NCBI GenBank assembly: GCA_030390025.1
Contig: CM059432.1
Span: 123,754,001-123,818,000 of the forward strand
DNA length: 64,000 nt
Direction: 5' to 3'
Source: Squalus acanthias
Taxonomy: Eukaryota
The translations under genes and the position numbers were made by a program. A model generated the notes under the pieces. It saw only the letters and a list, made by a program, of their open reading frames with translations. It was not told the DNA's origin and made no database searches. Of the stretch, positions 50,980 through 62,722 are shown piece by piece (position 1 is the stretch's first letter; the number at the start of each line of letters is the position of its first letter).

Positions 50980-51364
50980 ACGGCCAGGATGACGCCGCTC
51001 CATTTTACCATGTGTGTTTTTGTAATTGATTGTTAGTTATGAGTATGTGTAACTAAGTTTGGAACTTTTGTATTTTTTAAATGGTTGTTTTGATTACTTT
51101 TTCCTTGTATAATAAAACATGCATATGCAGGTGGTGCGAGAGGCATCGGCCTTTTGCACCTGGAAGGTGTATACGCAGTGTAAGTTTAAAGGCAATGATG
51201 CCTACGGTTTATCCAAGTTTAGACAATGTAATTTTCCTGGGAAATGAGGACTGCATGGAGGCCATAGATAGTTTTAAGTACCGGGAGTGTTTGGATGTGG
51301 AGAATCGGGATAATTTTGCTCACCAACATTTTTAATTGATAAGATAAGTGGAGTTATTCGCATC

Positions 51365-51376
51365 AACAGGAGGGAC
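51365..51376 (+). other. Polypurine tract
   Basis: AACAGGAGGGAC directly before the 3' LTR TG. Confidence 0.7.
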
Positions 51377-53147
51377 TGTAAAGTTTCGCAATTATCGCGA
51401 TTCAAAATAACACAAGAGAGAGGCAGATTCGTTTGATCAGTTTTATTAAACGAAATGCTGTCATGATATAAAGGACACAGAAGCCTGTAAAATGGCCGCC
51501 GCGCATCGTGGCAGAAGCTTCCAGAAATACAGTGGGCAGACAAGATGGCGTCGAATAAACATTCAATATAAGATTGGATCATACTCGATAAACACTGATA
51601 AAGACAGGATGCAACCCGTTTGCATTTGTGACAATAGCAAAGATATAAGTGCTGGAATCATTTTCCATGCACAAGTAAGGACCATTGTACTGGGCAATCG
51701 AAGGTCCATCCAGACACATCAATACACAAATACCCCCACGGCTCTACAATGAGAGAGACATTGACGGGTGATTAAGTCAGTATTCGGGGGCCCCCAAAAC
51801 CAGTCAGGGTGACGATTCATACAATCCTGGCTGGGTCAACAATGGGGAAAACATTAACGGGTAGGTGGCCAGTTTCAGGTGCTACCGAAACCCGTTAAAG
51901 AAGACAACCGCCCCATGCTGGGAGTTTTGTGCAGCAGTATTACACAAAGGACAAACATTAAGATTTGAGCGGGAGATAAGGGAACACATCACTATAACTA
52001 TAGAGAACAAATGTCCATCGCTCTCTTATTCTCTTGCCGCTTCATGGACTCGCTTGACTGGTGAGCTTTTGATTGTCTCTCTGGACTTTGTTGACTTTTG
52101 ACTTTTAGCCGTACTGGTCGGTTATTCGAATGTTGGGTGGAGCTCAATCGGAATGAGCCGCCCCGACAAGGGCAAGTAGCAGGGTGCACCATCCCGAGTG
52201 TCGGTAAACGGTGTCTGGACCCGGAGGCCCGAAGAGACGAGATGAGACGACAAGAAAAGGAGAAGAATCCACGTGCCGCCACGGTCAGTAAACCCCGACC
52301 GCGCCCGAAAATATAATAAAGAACTCTTCATTGAAATCTACCGACAACCGGTGTCGGGAACAGGAAGACTCTTCTTTGAACTGTGTCCGAGTTCTACCGA
52401 GTTCTTCATGACAACAGAGAGTCTGGCCTGCTTGTCGCAGCAGCGAAGATAAACAAGTGGGGTACAGAGACCCCTCCAAACACGTGACAGTCAGGCGCTG
52501 CAGCGAAACGAGCCGAGTGCCTCACTTTAAAATTCTCTGAAGTAACACGAGTGGTGAGCATGTTTCCCGATCCTACAAATCTAGACGTAGTGTAGGTATT
52601 GTTAAGGGAGGGTGGTTATTAAGGTTAAGATATAATGGGGTAAAAATTCAGTTGGTTGCGCCTCCCGTTAGCGCCTTAAGAGGGCGCTAATGGGGCGCAA
52701 AGCCGCTAACGCCCGGGCGCAGCGATGTTTGCGCCGCTCGGGAACTTAACTTGACATTGTGCGGCGGCGCTAAAACTTACCGCTGCGACCACCTGCGCGC
52801 GCAGATTGTGACGTCATTCCATGGTGCAACGCCCTTGTGGCGCCCCGGAGCGGAAATTGAGTGGCGCCCCCTGCCTTACCGCCTGGCGCTTCCAACGACC
52901 GGAAGACTGGAACGCTATCAATCGCTGTGGGGCTGGGGGGGGCGCTATTTAAAGGGGGCCTCTTCCTGTCTTTTTCTGTGGTCGACATTTTTGCACCACT
53001 CGTTCTGAGAGAGAGAGAGAGATTCGGAGAGAGAGAAAGAGAGACTTCTACATTGACTCAACGCTTTGTGAGGTAGTTTTGCCTATTGATCCTAACTTCG
53101 CTGGTACTTTAGTTGCTGTCCTTCATTACTTTGCTTGCAAAGAGAAT

Positions 53148-54308
53148 ATGGGGGCTGCACTGATTGGGGGCGTCGTCCTGCTCCAGCTGAATTGGAGGAT
53201 ACAGAGACGCAGAGAGAGAGTGGCAATGATGGCCAGACGGAGGAGGGCCATCAGGCGTATGTACAGGAGAGCTTACCCTCCCAGGGTATATCGTGAACAG
53301 CTCTCCTACATCCATATGTCTGAGGAGCTGTGTTTGCGAAGGCTGCGATTCAGCAAGGAGGTGGTCACTGAGCTCTGCCACCTGCTGCAGCCAGATCTGC
53401 AGCCTCAACTGAGGTCCAGGACGTCTCTGTCGGTGGCAGTGAAGGTCACAGTGGCTCTCAACTTTTACGCTACTGGCTCATTTCAAGCTGCTGCTGGGGA
53501 CCTCGCCAATATCTCCCAGTTTGCGGTGCATTGCTGCATCCGGCAGGTCACAAATGCCCTCTTTAAAAGGAGCCGAGAGTTCATCTCTTTCCCCATGACC
53601 CCAGACAAGCAGCGTGACCGCGCTCTGGGCTTTGCGAGGGTAGCGGGCTTCCCCATGGTGCAGGGCGCCATTGACTGCACGCATGTAGCTTTGCGTGCTC
53701 CGCATGAGAATGCCGAGGAATTCCGGAACAGAAAGGGGTTCCATTCCTTGAATGTCCAGTTGGTCTGTGACCACAGACAGCTGATACTCGCTGTCAATGC
53801 CCAGTATCCTGGCAGCTGCCACGATGCTTTTATCCTGCGCCAGACTACTGTGGCAGAACTTTTCGAGGCACCGCATCAGCCAGTTGGTTGGCTTCACGGG
53901 CACAAGGGGTATGCATTGAGCACCTGGCTGATGACACCGCTCCGTACGCCCAACACCCCTGCTGAGCTGCGGTACAATGAGAGCCATCAAGCTACCAGGA
54001 ACATAATTGAGCGCACAATCGGCGTGCTGAAGCAACGGTTCCGATGTCTCGACCATTCTGGAGGAGCCCTGCAGTACTCGCCTGAGCGAGTATCGAACTT
54101 CGTAGTCGTGTGCTGCATGTTGCATAACATGGCAATCCTCAGGACCCAGCCAATGCCACCAGGCCTTGGAGCACCACCAGAGGAGGAGGAGGAAGAGGAG
54201 GAAGAGGACGAGGAGGATGATCATCAGCAGCACCAAGGCGGGAGGGCGGCCCACAATGGTCAAACTGCAAGGGCCGTCCGTCAACGGCTAATAGCAAGCC
54301 GCTTCTAG
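53148..54308 (+). CDS. Harbinger (HARBI1-type) DDE transposase; open frame, second catalytic Asp replaced by His
   Basis: RLRFSKE..ALNFYATGSFQ..GAIDCTHV..NRKGFHSLNVQLVCD..PGSCHDAFIL..HGHKGY..IERTIGVLKQRFRCL; first ATG at 53148. Confidence 0.92.
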   Translation: MGAALIGGVVLLQLNWRIQRRRERVAMMARRRRAIRRMYRRAYPPRVYREQLSYIHMSEELCLRRLRFSKEVVTELCHLLQPDLQPQLRSRTSLSVAVKVTVALNFYATGSFQAAAGDLANISQFAVHCCIRQVTNALFKRSREFISFPMTPDKQRDRALGFARVAGFPMVQGAIDCTHVALRAPHENAEEFRNRKGFHSLNVQLVCDHRQLILAVNAQYPGSCHDAFILRQTTVAELFEAPHQPVGWLHGHKGYALSTWLMTPLRTPNTPAELRYNESHQATRNIIERTIGVLKQRFRCLDHSGGALQYSPERVSNFVVVCCMLHNMAILRTQPMPPGLGAPPEEEEEEEEEDEEDDHQQHQGGRAAHNGQTARAVRQRLIASRF

Positions 54309-54602
54309 GGCCCCTGCCATTGCTAACAACATTAATGAACCCAGCACGCAACCCCTAAGCCGGCCAAGGCACCAATAATTCCAACCACCAACCATGTATA
54401 TTTTGAATACAGAAACTTATTTATTTTACAAACTCTGTGTGTGTCAATTCCTCATGACAAACTCATAGAAATAAACACAAAAAAACAGTCAATAACATAA
54501 CTGGTTCTCACAACCTGGAGATAATGTCCAAAACACTAAACAAAAGTTGGACCATGAACCTCGACCTTTAATAAAAAAATGACCAGCATTTTGTCACACC
54601 TC

Positions 54603-56480
54603 CTACTTTTTGCATTTCGAGGGTGATCTCCTTCCCTTGCGCACTTCCCCCCTTCTAACCCTACTGCTCCTCCGTAATGGGACCTCAGTGGCTGCAGCAA
54701 GGCTGGTGGAAGGCTGCTGCTCGTCAGACCCTGACACTGCAGATGCCCCTGAAGGACGGCCTCGACCACTTCTGGGCCTGGAGGGCCCGGCTGCAGACTG
54801 CACCAACTCTGCATGGGCGGCAGCAGTCTGTCCTACAGGCGGTGGCAAGTGCAGTGGAGAAGTGACAGTGTTGGCAGCAGGAATGCTGTCATCGTGAGAG
54901 AGGACAGCAACTCCCTGCTCGCCCGACACACTGGCACTCCCACGGGGCAGCACTTCAGCATCCGGAGCAATCTGCCGGAGAACAGATTGCTGGCCTGCTG
55001 CGGCGCGGTGACAGCCCCGGGGACATGTGCACGAACCATCGAGGTTGGCAGCAGTCTGTGCTCGCGTGGCCTCAATCTGAGTCTGTATGAGAGCAGTCAG
55101 AGATGGGATCACGGCAGCCAGTGACTGAATTGCAGCACTAAGCGTTAGTGTGGCATCCGCCTGTGCTACTGCGAAGTGCTCCACACTCCTTGCCAGTGAC
55201 TCAATGCATTCGGGCACCCTTCCCACTGCACCCATGAGCTCAGTGTGCATGCCCACCGCCTGGGTGTTCATTTCTGCGATCAGCCGCTCCTCCTCTGCGT
55301 CCATTGCAGTAGGAGTGTCTGGCATACTCTCCCTCTGGGGAGAAGGCCCCCGTTCTTCCCTACCCCCCCCCATGGCGTTGCTGCAGCCCGCTGGGTCCTG
55401 GAGCTTCACCCTCATCAGACCCTTCCCCCCTGCTCCCCTCCAGGGAAGGCGTGTTCTCAGTGTGGGCATGGGCTTCCTCGGGAGAGGGTGGCACTGATGC
55501 TCCGGCTTCCTCTTCCTCCTCAGCTGCAGCATCACTCCCAGTGGCAGCTTCAGGGCCCGTCTCCTCAGCTGGTGAATCACCATCTGAAAGCAGGGAGGTA
55601 CAAGAGTGGTTTTAGCGTGAGGACAGGGTGGCAGTAAGGGAGGAATAAGTGCAGCGAGTTAGCAAGTTGGATTGAAAGTGTCAAAGGCTGGTGTTGTGAG
55701 GGACAAGTGGAAGGACAGAGGACAAAAAGGTGATGACCTTACCATTGCTGTCCAGAACGGGGTCGGCGTCTCCAGTGGCGACGGGACCGATCACCCGGCT
55801 TGCCACAATCCTGTGGACGCGCTCCTCCAGATCGCTGAGGGGTTGCAGCTGAGGCCGCCCTCCACCTGTCCGTTGCTGCTGTCTCCGATTATGTGCCAGC
55901 TTGGCCTGTAAGAAAAAGGACAGCATCTGAGTAAATATACAGCCATGATCTTGCCTGATGTGCCTCCCATAGGTGAATAGCCCTTACTGTATGCAGCCAT
56001 GGTCTTGCCTGATGTGCCTCCCATAGGTGAATAGCCCTTACTGTATACAGCCATGGTGTTGCCTGATGTGCCTCCCATAGGTGAATAGCCCTTACTGTAT
56101 GCAAAGTGTGGAATGTGTGTGTGTGTTTCATGAAAGGGCCATAGGTGTTGGATGAGTGTTGTGCATTGGGGTTTTAAGACCCTCTGGCCATAGAGTGAGG
56201 TTGAGATGGAGGGATGGAGAGGTATTGAGAAAAAGCCACTCACCCTGACGACCCGAGTGAGGTCGTTGAACTTTTTGCGGCATTGAGTATGGGTCCTGGG
56301 CACCATGCTCCTGGAGGAGACGCTCTGAGCCACCTCCCTCCACACTCTTCTGAACTCGCGTGGCAAAGGCCTCCTGCCACTCTCAGGGAAGAGTATACAT
56401 CTTCTGCGCTCCACCGCGCCAACCAGAGCATCCAAGGCCCGCTCGGTGAAGCGATGCGCGCGTTCTCTCACCCTCTCCAT
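54603..56480 (-). pseudogene. Harbinger Myb/SANT-like gene, 3 exons (56480-56244, 55905-55743, 55583-54603), frameshift in the G-run near 55367
   Basis: Exon 1 RFTERALDALV..WREVAQSV..RTHTQCRKKFNDL; GTGAGT and GTAAGG donors, ttacAG and ttcAG acceptors with consistent phases; exon 2 RTGGG motif. Confidence 0.85.
55940..56101. repeat. 54-bp unit x3 in Myb gene intron 1
   Basis: cagccatggtcttgcctgatgtgcctcccataggtgaatagcccttactgtat(a/g) repeated three times. Confidence 0.95.
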
Positions 56481-57555
56481 CCTTGGCAGCAAAATGGATT
56501 CACAGGTCTCTCCAGGCCGAGATTCAAGGCTGCAATGAGCAGGGTGTGGCTGGGGAGCAAGTTGCCCCCCCCCCGCTTTAAGAAGTGGCCGGCGCCAGTG
56601 TGTCTGTGTTCCCTCGCTAACTGGCAGCAGCTGCGCTGCGCTCGCGCGCTGAGTTAGCGCCTCACTCCTTGGCCTTTGCGCCTTAAGACAGGTGTGCAGC
56701 GCCTGATTTAGCGCTCCACTCACCTCCCGGGGCGGTAAAAGTGAAGTTTCCAGTCAGTGCCGATAATTAGCACCAGGCGCTAATATTTGCGTCCAGACGA
56801 TATTTGCGCACCAAATGGGGCGCGACCTAATTTTTACCCCAATGTGTTCCCCTTTTTACGATGTGCCGTGCGTTCTTCATTTCCATAGACCAAGCTTTAT
56901 GAATGTATGTATACTTGTACTCTCGTTAATTTGCGCCTATGACATGTACTTCATGATTTTGGACGCTATGCAATAAAGATTTCCATTTCGTACTATTCAA
57001 CCGGGTCGAACCACTCACAGGTGCTTATTGCAATAAGGCTGGCCGGAGACCAGAGCAAGCAATAGTATTAGGCAACGAAGGCCTAACCTCGCACCAGCAC
57101 CGTCTGAGACACAGGCACGTCCAAACCCTTACATTGTGAGGAGGAAGTAGACTGAAAGTGGCCTTCCGGCAATATGAATGCCACTACACTAAACGATTAC
57201 TAAAGACTGGAATAACCATTTAGTAGAGAAAAAGGCATCAATTGTTACAGGGTGGCGGGAAGGAGCCACAGAAGCCCAGTAGCAGGCGACGAACCCAGCA
57301 AGGCTGGGGACGTGGCGGCCCTGCTGATCTTAACAACAGGGCCTCATTGAATAAATATTTTCAGAGTCCCGAGAAGCCAGATTGACCTCCTGGCCAGTGG
57401 GTGGAACTGGACATCTAGCAGCAGGAGGCCGTCGGAATGGTCCCTTGGGAGTTGGGGGAAGGCTGTCGCCATGATCGGCAGTGGACAAAAGGCTCTAGGT
57501 AAGATTGGGAGGGGGCAGGGAAGGCTCTAGGTACAATTGGAATGGCGGGGGTGGA

Positions 57556-58762
57556 AGGATGTGACCACAATCAAGAGGTAGTGGAGGGCTGTGATCATGA
57601 TCGGAGGATGGGGTGGGGGGGTTGAAAGAATGTGACCATGATCGGGGGGGGGGACGGGGGGTGAAGTGAAAGGATGTGACCATAATCGGGAGGGGGGTGG
57701 GGTGAGAGGATGTGACCATGATCGGTGGGGGGGGGGGGTGAAAAGATGTGACCATGATCGGGAGGGGGGTGGGGTGAGAGGATGTGACCATGATCGGGGG
57801 GGAGGTGAAAGGATGTGACCATGATCGGGAGGGAGGTGGGGTGAGAGGATGTGACCATGATCGGGTGGGGGCGGTGAAAGGATGTGACCATGATAGGGGA
57901 GGGGGTGGGGTGGAGGGCTGTGACCATGATCGGGAGGGGTGGGGTGGAGGGCTGTGACCATGATCGGGAGGGGTGGGGTGGAGGGCTGTGACCATGATTG
58001 GGGGGGGGAGGTGAAAGGATGTGACCATGATCGGGGAGGGGGTGGGGTGAAAGGATGTGACCATGATCTGGGGGGTGGGGGGGGTGAAAGGATGTGACCA
58101 TGATCGGGAGGGGGGTGGGGTGAGAGGATGTGACCGTGATCGGGGGGGGGGGTGAAAGGATGTGACCGTGATCGGGAGGGGGGTGGGGTGAGAGGATATG
58201 ACCATGATCGGGGGTGGGGGGGGTGAAAGGATGTGACCATGATCGGGAGGGGGGGTGAGGTGAAAGGATGTGACCATGATCAGGAGGAGGGTGAGGTGAA
58301 AGGATGTGACCATGATCAGGGAGGGGGTGGGGTGGAGGGCTGTGACCATGATCGGAGGGGGGGGGGCGGGGGTGAAAGGATGTCACCATGATCGGGAGGG
58401 GTGGGGTGAGAGGATGTGACCATGACCGGGAGGGGTGGGGTGGAGGGCTGTGACCATGATCGGGAGGGGTGGGGTGGAGGGCTGTGACCATGATCGGGAG
58501 GGGTGGGGTGGAGGGCTGTGACCATGATCGGGAGGGGTGGGGTGAGAGGATGTGACCATGATCGGGGTGGGGGGGGGGGGTGAGAGGATGTGACCATGAT
58601 CGGGAGGGGGGTGGGGTGAGAGGATGTGACCATGATCGGGGTGGTGGGGGGCGGGAGGGTGAAAGGATGTGACCATGATCGGGAGGGGGGTGGGGTGAGA
58701 GGATGTGACCATGATCGGGGTGGGGGGGGTGGGGTGAAAGGATGTGACCATGATCGGGGAGG
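57556..58762 (+). repeat. G-rich minisatellite, about 34 units of roughly 32-43 bp
   Basis: Core TGTGACCATGATCGG alternating with variable G-runs. Confidence 0.95.
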
Positions 58763-59944
58763 GGTTGGGGGGCAGCCCAGCGCAAGGGAGGCCCAAGGTT
58801 GCCTTCTGAGGTCCGGAGGAGCATTCCCCGTCCTGCCCCTCCTGTCCCACAAGGAAACCTAAGATAGAACTGTAAGACTTACCTTCTGGGCCTCTCCTGG
58901 CCCACGGTCCGGCTCCCGACAGGTCTGCTTGATGGAGTCGCCGTCACTGCCACCCCATCCCCTTCCCCCCCCCCCCCCCCCCCCAACCCAGGCCTTCAAC
59001 TAAAATAGTGGATTGGGTCCTGATGACATAATCGGACCCTATTTGCCTATGTAAAGTATGATCCCACTTCCTTCCTATGGGTGTCCTGCACGCCTGCTCA
59101 AAAGAGCAGGTTAATATTGGGACAGGGCGGAAGGCAGCGGGATCAGAGGCGGTAAGGGACTGGCCTTATTTTAACTGACCTCCTGTCCTGTTTCCGCCAG
59201 GCGGGGACAGTTAAAATCGGGACCAAACATTCAGAATTTTTTCCTACAGTTTGGAATATAATTTGCTTCCACTCCAAAAAGAAATTCCTTCAGTCCAAAC
59301 ACTCCCCAATCCCCAGACCACCTTTTATCAATCGCCTATGGTCTTAGAGAGCCGTTCATTTTATTTTTTACGTACTGCATTTTCTTCTCTCTCTCAACTC
59401 TGGGATTTTATGCCCACAGGAACTGTCTCAAAGCCTGATCAGCAGTGCAAGCAAGTGAGCCAAAGATTCGTGCCTACTTTAGCAGTCTAGGTAACCTCAA
59501 ATCAATCCCACAACATACTGTAAGTGAAGCCACACCTATATTCATATGCTGCTTTCTCTCCCTCTGGTGTAATAAATATTCATTACAGTATAAATGTAAT
59601 CCTGCATACAATTAAAATTGTACTTTAAATATCAGCAGTACAATAAAGACTTTATCCTAGAATATAAAAATGTAGATACGTACACCAGCAAGTCTAAACT
59701 GTACTTATAAGAATTTCTCCTGAAAATCAAAAAGCAAAACTAACATGGATGGTTTAACTAGGTGCTAAGATATTATATAGTGCTAGCTCCATCACAAAGT
59801 AATAAAATTAATTTAGTAAATCTATACAGATATCAGCAAAGCAAATCAAGCAACTACATAGATGATCAAAATATTTTACATCAATGGACAGTAAACATAA
59901 GATACAATAAACTATGAACATTGGAAATAAAAATCATTTGGATG

Positions 59945-60731
59945 TTTTTTTTTATTCGTTCATGGGATGTGGGCGTCACTGGCAAGGCCAGCATTTATTG
60001 CCCATCCTTAATTGCCCTTGAGAAGGTGGTGGTGAGCTGCCTTCTTGAACCGCTGCAGTCCGTGTGGTGAAGGTACTCCCACAGTGCTGTTAGGGACGGA
60101 GTTCCAGGATTTTGACCCAGCGACGATGAAGGATCGGCGATATACTTTCAAGTCAGGATGGTGAGTGACTTGGAGAGGAACTTGGAGGTGGTGGTGTTCC
60201 CTTGTCTTCTAGGTGGAAGAGGTCGCGGGTTTGAGAGGTGCTGCCGAAGAAGCCTTGACGAGTTGCTGCAGTGCATCTTGTACACACTGCAGCCACGGTA
60301 CGCCGGTGGTGGAGGGAGTGAATGTTTAAGGTGATGGATGGGGTGCCAATCAAACAGGCTGCTTTGTCCTGGATGGCGTCAAGCTTCTTGAGTATTGGAG
60401 CTGCACTCATCCAGGCAAGTGGAGAGTATTCCATCACACTCCTTACTTGTGCCTCGTAGATGGTGGAAAGGCTTTGGGGAGTCAGGAGGTGAGACACTCG
60501 CCGCAGCATACCCAGCCTCTGACCTGCTCTTGTTGCCACAGTATTTATGTGGTTGGTCCAGTTAAGTTTCTGGTCAATGGTGACCCCCAGGATGTTGATG
60601 GTGGGGGATTCGGCGATGGTAATGCCGTTGAATGTCAAGGGGCAGTTTTTAGACTCTCGCTTGTTGGAGATAGTCATTGCCTGGCACTTGTGTGGTGCGA
60701 ATGTTACCTGCCACTTATCAGCCGAATCCAT
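59945..60731 (-). mobile_element. CR1-group LINE 3' fragment with LF-SINE-type tail
   Basis: ORF 60153-60731 WQVTFAPHKCQ..ILGVTID..QVRSVMEYSPLAW; same family as 18995-19450. Confidence 0.88.
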
Positions 60732-62245
60732 TTGAGTATTAAATGGATTTATAGAAAATGACTACAAAATATATCTAGTCCATAATCAACAATGATTCAG
60801 TGTTAGCCCTGCTCTTACTATGATAGCCATATCATTGTTATTTCTTTTTCTTTCTATGATAAATGTATGATTCATTTAAGATTCAATAAAGTGAAAGCAA
60901 ATCCAATGCTTGCATCTAACCCTTGAGTCTTCTAGTATATAAGACAGAATTATGTAAGGTTTGCAGTGAGTAATAAGGATGTAATTTCATCAGTGAGCTC
61001 CAATGATAAATGGTAAAAGTGAAATGAGTGGGTTATTGATGTTATCTTAATCCAAAACATTAATTTACAACCTTTTACTCTGCAGTTACCACCCATTAAT
61101 CTTTAATGCAAACACAGCCTTCCTCTGTACTTCTAAGCTTTCTGGCTCAATGTAATTGTCCCCTTAAGTGTACAATATTTAGCATTGTGGACAGCTTGGA
61201 AGAAGCAGCAAACCATGAGAGCAAAGATTAAGCGGTTTACGGATGCCATCTAAAACCCTTTGAGGGCTAACTGCAGTGAGAAGGACAGGTGCAACTGAAG
61301 ACAGTGAGATTTTTGACTGGGGGAGGATAATAAAGGAGATTTTCTTGCAGAGTAGAAGAAACATTATAGGGTCATTGAGACCAAATACATATTATACATC
61401 AATTATTTCCTGCAATGTAATGGCTTATAGAAGTCATCATTATCAGATTACGTAAATTGATCTAAAGAATTTTATTACACTGCCATGTTCCAAATACCTA
61501 CAGGATTGATGGCCTGACGCTCAAAGGATTGAGTGCTCATCTCCCAACTGGAAAGTTGAGACTAAGGCAATGGTTTAATATAATTGCATGTGTAATTTTG
61601 CAAGAAAAGTAAATGTAAGAAAATTATGATAGCTACTGTGGGCACTTACATTAAAAGTGGCTTTATAAGATTTCCTCCCAAGGTTAACAACTGCGAACAG
61701 CTGTGAGCTATTGGTTCTGGTGCTTGGGAAGGCATCTCATGAATGTATTCTCACTAGAGAAGTATGTCCTTCCAGGTCGAGCTCTTCAAGTACTCAGTTC
61801 GTAAAGTCAGGCTTGATTCTTGGTTCGTGCAGCAAAGAGTGGGAGTAGAGGTGCTGCAGTGGTTTCTAGCATCCTTGGACTAGGGAGAGGAATTTTTTCA
61901 CTCCTGATAACAATCCAGCAGCTCCTGCTGCACATGTGTGTGTGTGTGTGTGGACATTGTTTGAGGACAGGATTGGGTTCAACTATTATTCACCAGACAG
62001 TTGAAGAACCCATCAACATTTGCTGTTTAGACTCTCACAAGAATGGCAACTTGGATGAGCTATCAGTGATGCCTGTGGTACCATAATCCACAGATGGGCA
62101 TTTAGTAGTATGGGTCACAGGATACCATTCGGGAGTGGGAAATGTTTCTTTTCACTAGTCCAGGGACACTGAAGCCAACTATGGTTCCACTACACCCACT
62201 CTGATTGAGGTCATTTAACTCAGCGCACACCAGGAATCAAACCTC

Positions 62246-62722
62246 TGTCAGCCGTGGCTCAGTGGGTAGCACCCTTGCCTTTGAGTCAGAGTGTTGTGGG
62301 TTCAAGTCCCACTCCAGAGACCTGAACACAAAAATCTAGGCTGACATTTCAGTGCAGGGCTGAGGGAGTGCTGCACTGTCAGATGGTGCTGTCTTTCAGA
62401 TGAGATGTTAAACTGAGACCCCGTCTGCTCTCTCAGACGGATGTAAAAGATCCCATGGCACTATTTTGCAGTAGAACAGGGGAGTTATCCCTGGTGTCCT
62501 GGCTAATGTTTATCCCTCAATCAACATCACTAAAAAACAGATTACCTGGTCATTATCACATTGCTGTTTGTGGGAGCTTGCTGTGCACAAATTGGTTGAT
62601 GCGTTTCCTACATTACAACAGTGACTACATTTCAAAAAGTACTTCATTGGCTGCAAAGCGCTTTGGGACGTCCGGTGGTTGTGAAAGGCGCTATATAAAT
62701 GCAAGTCTTTCTTTCTTTGTTT
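62246..62722 (+). mobile_element. Full-length DeuSINE (SacSINE1-like)
   Basis: A box TGGCTCAGTGG, B box GGTTCAAGTCC, Deu-domain gagggagtgctgcactgtc..gatgtaaaagatcccatggcactatt, tail gaaaggcgctatataaatgcaagtctttctt. Fragments also at ~36480-36755, 37200-37330 and 63225-63340. Confidence 0.85.

Larger units (their letters stand above)
52637..56840. mobile_element. Full-length PIF/Harbinger DNA transposon (4204 bp)
   Basis: Perfect 12-bp TIRs GGGGTAAAAATT / AATTTTTACCCC, 3-bp TSD AAT, empty site in the 5' LTR, convergent transposase and Myb/SANT genes. Confidence 0.95.
38969..57133 (+). mobile_element. Endogenous retrovirus-like provirus, lokiretrovirus-like (LTR-gag-pro-pol-env-LTR)
   Basis: Paired LTRs TGTAAAG...CCTTACA, PBS, PPT, gag, protease DTG, RT YVDD, two RNase H domains, integrase, env with TM; flanks share TTG(T). 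The provirus is seen directly; the lineage is inferred. Confidence 0.93.
51377..57133 (+). repeat. 3' LTR (1550 bp after removing the Harbinger and its TSD)
   Basis: Colinear with the 5' LTR; 72-bp deletion between two GGGTC motifs at ~57005. Confidence 0.95.

Noticed and set aside
53478..54284. 268-aa antisense ORF in the transposase
   Set aside because: Shadow of a GC-rich coding strand, no motifs.
57556..58762. CRISPR-like repeat/spacer appearance
   Set aside because: The 'spacers' are near-identical G-runs, not unique sequences; no cas genes; eukaryotic context.
57495..58852. Long Pro/His-rich minus-strand ORFs (up to 409 aa)
   Set aside because: Open in all three frames because the C-rich repeat lacks stop codons.
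62246..62320. tRNA gene (also 17945-18022)
   Set aside because: A and B boxes run straight into SINE bodies; these are tRNA-derived heads.
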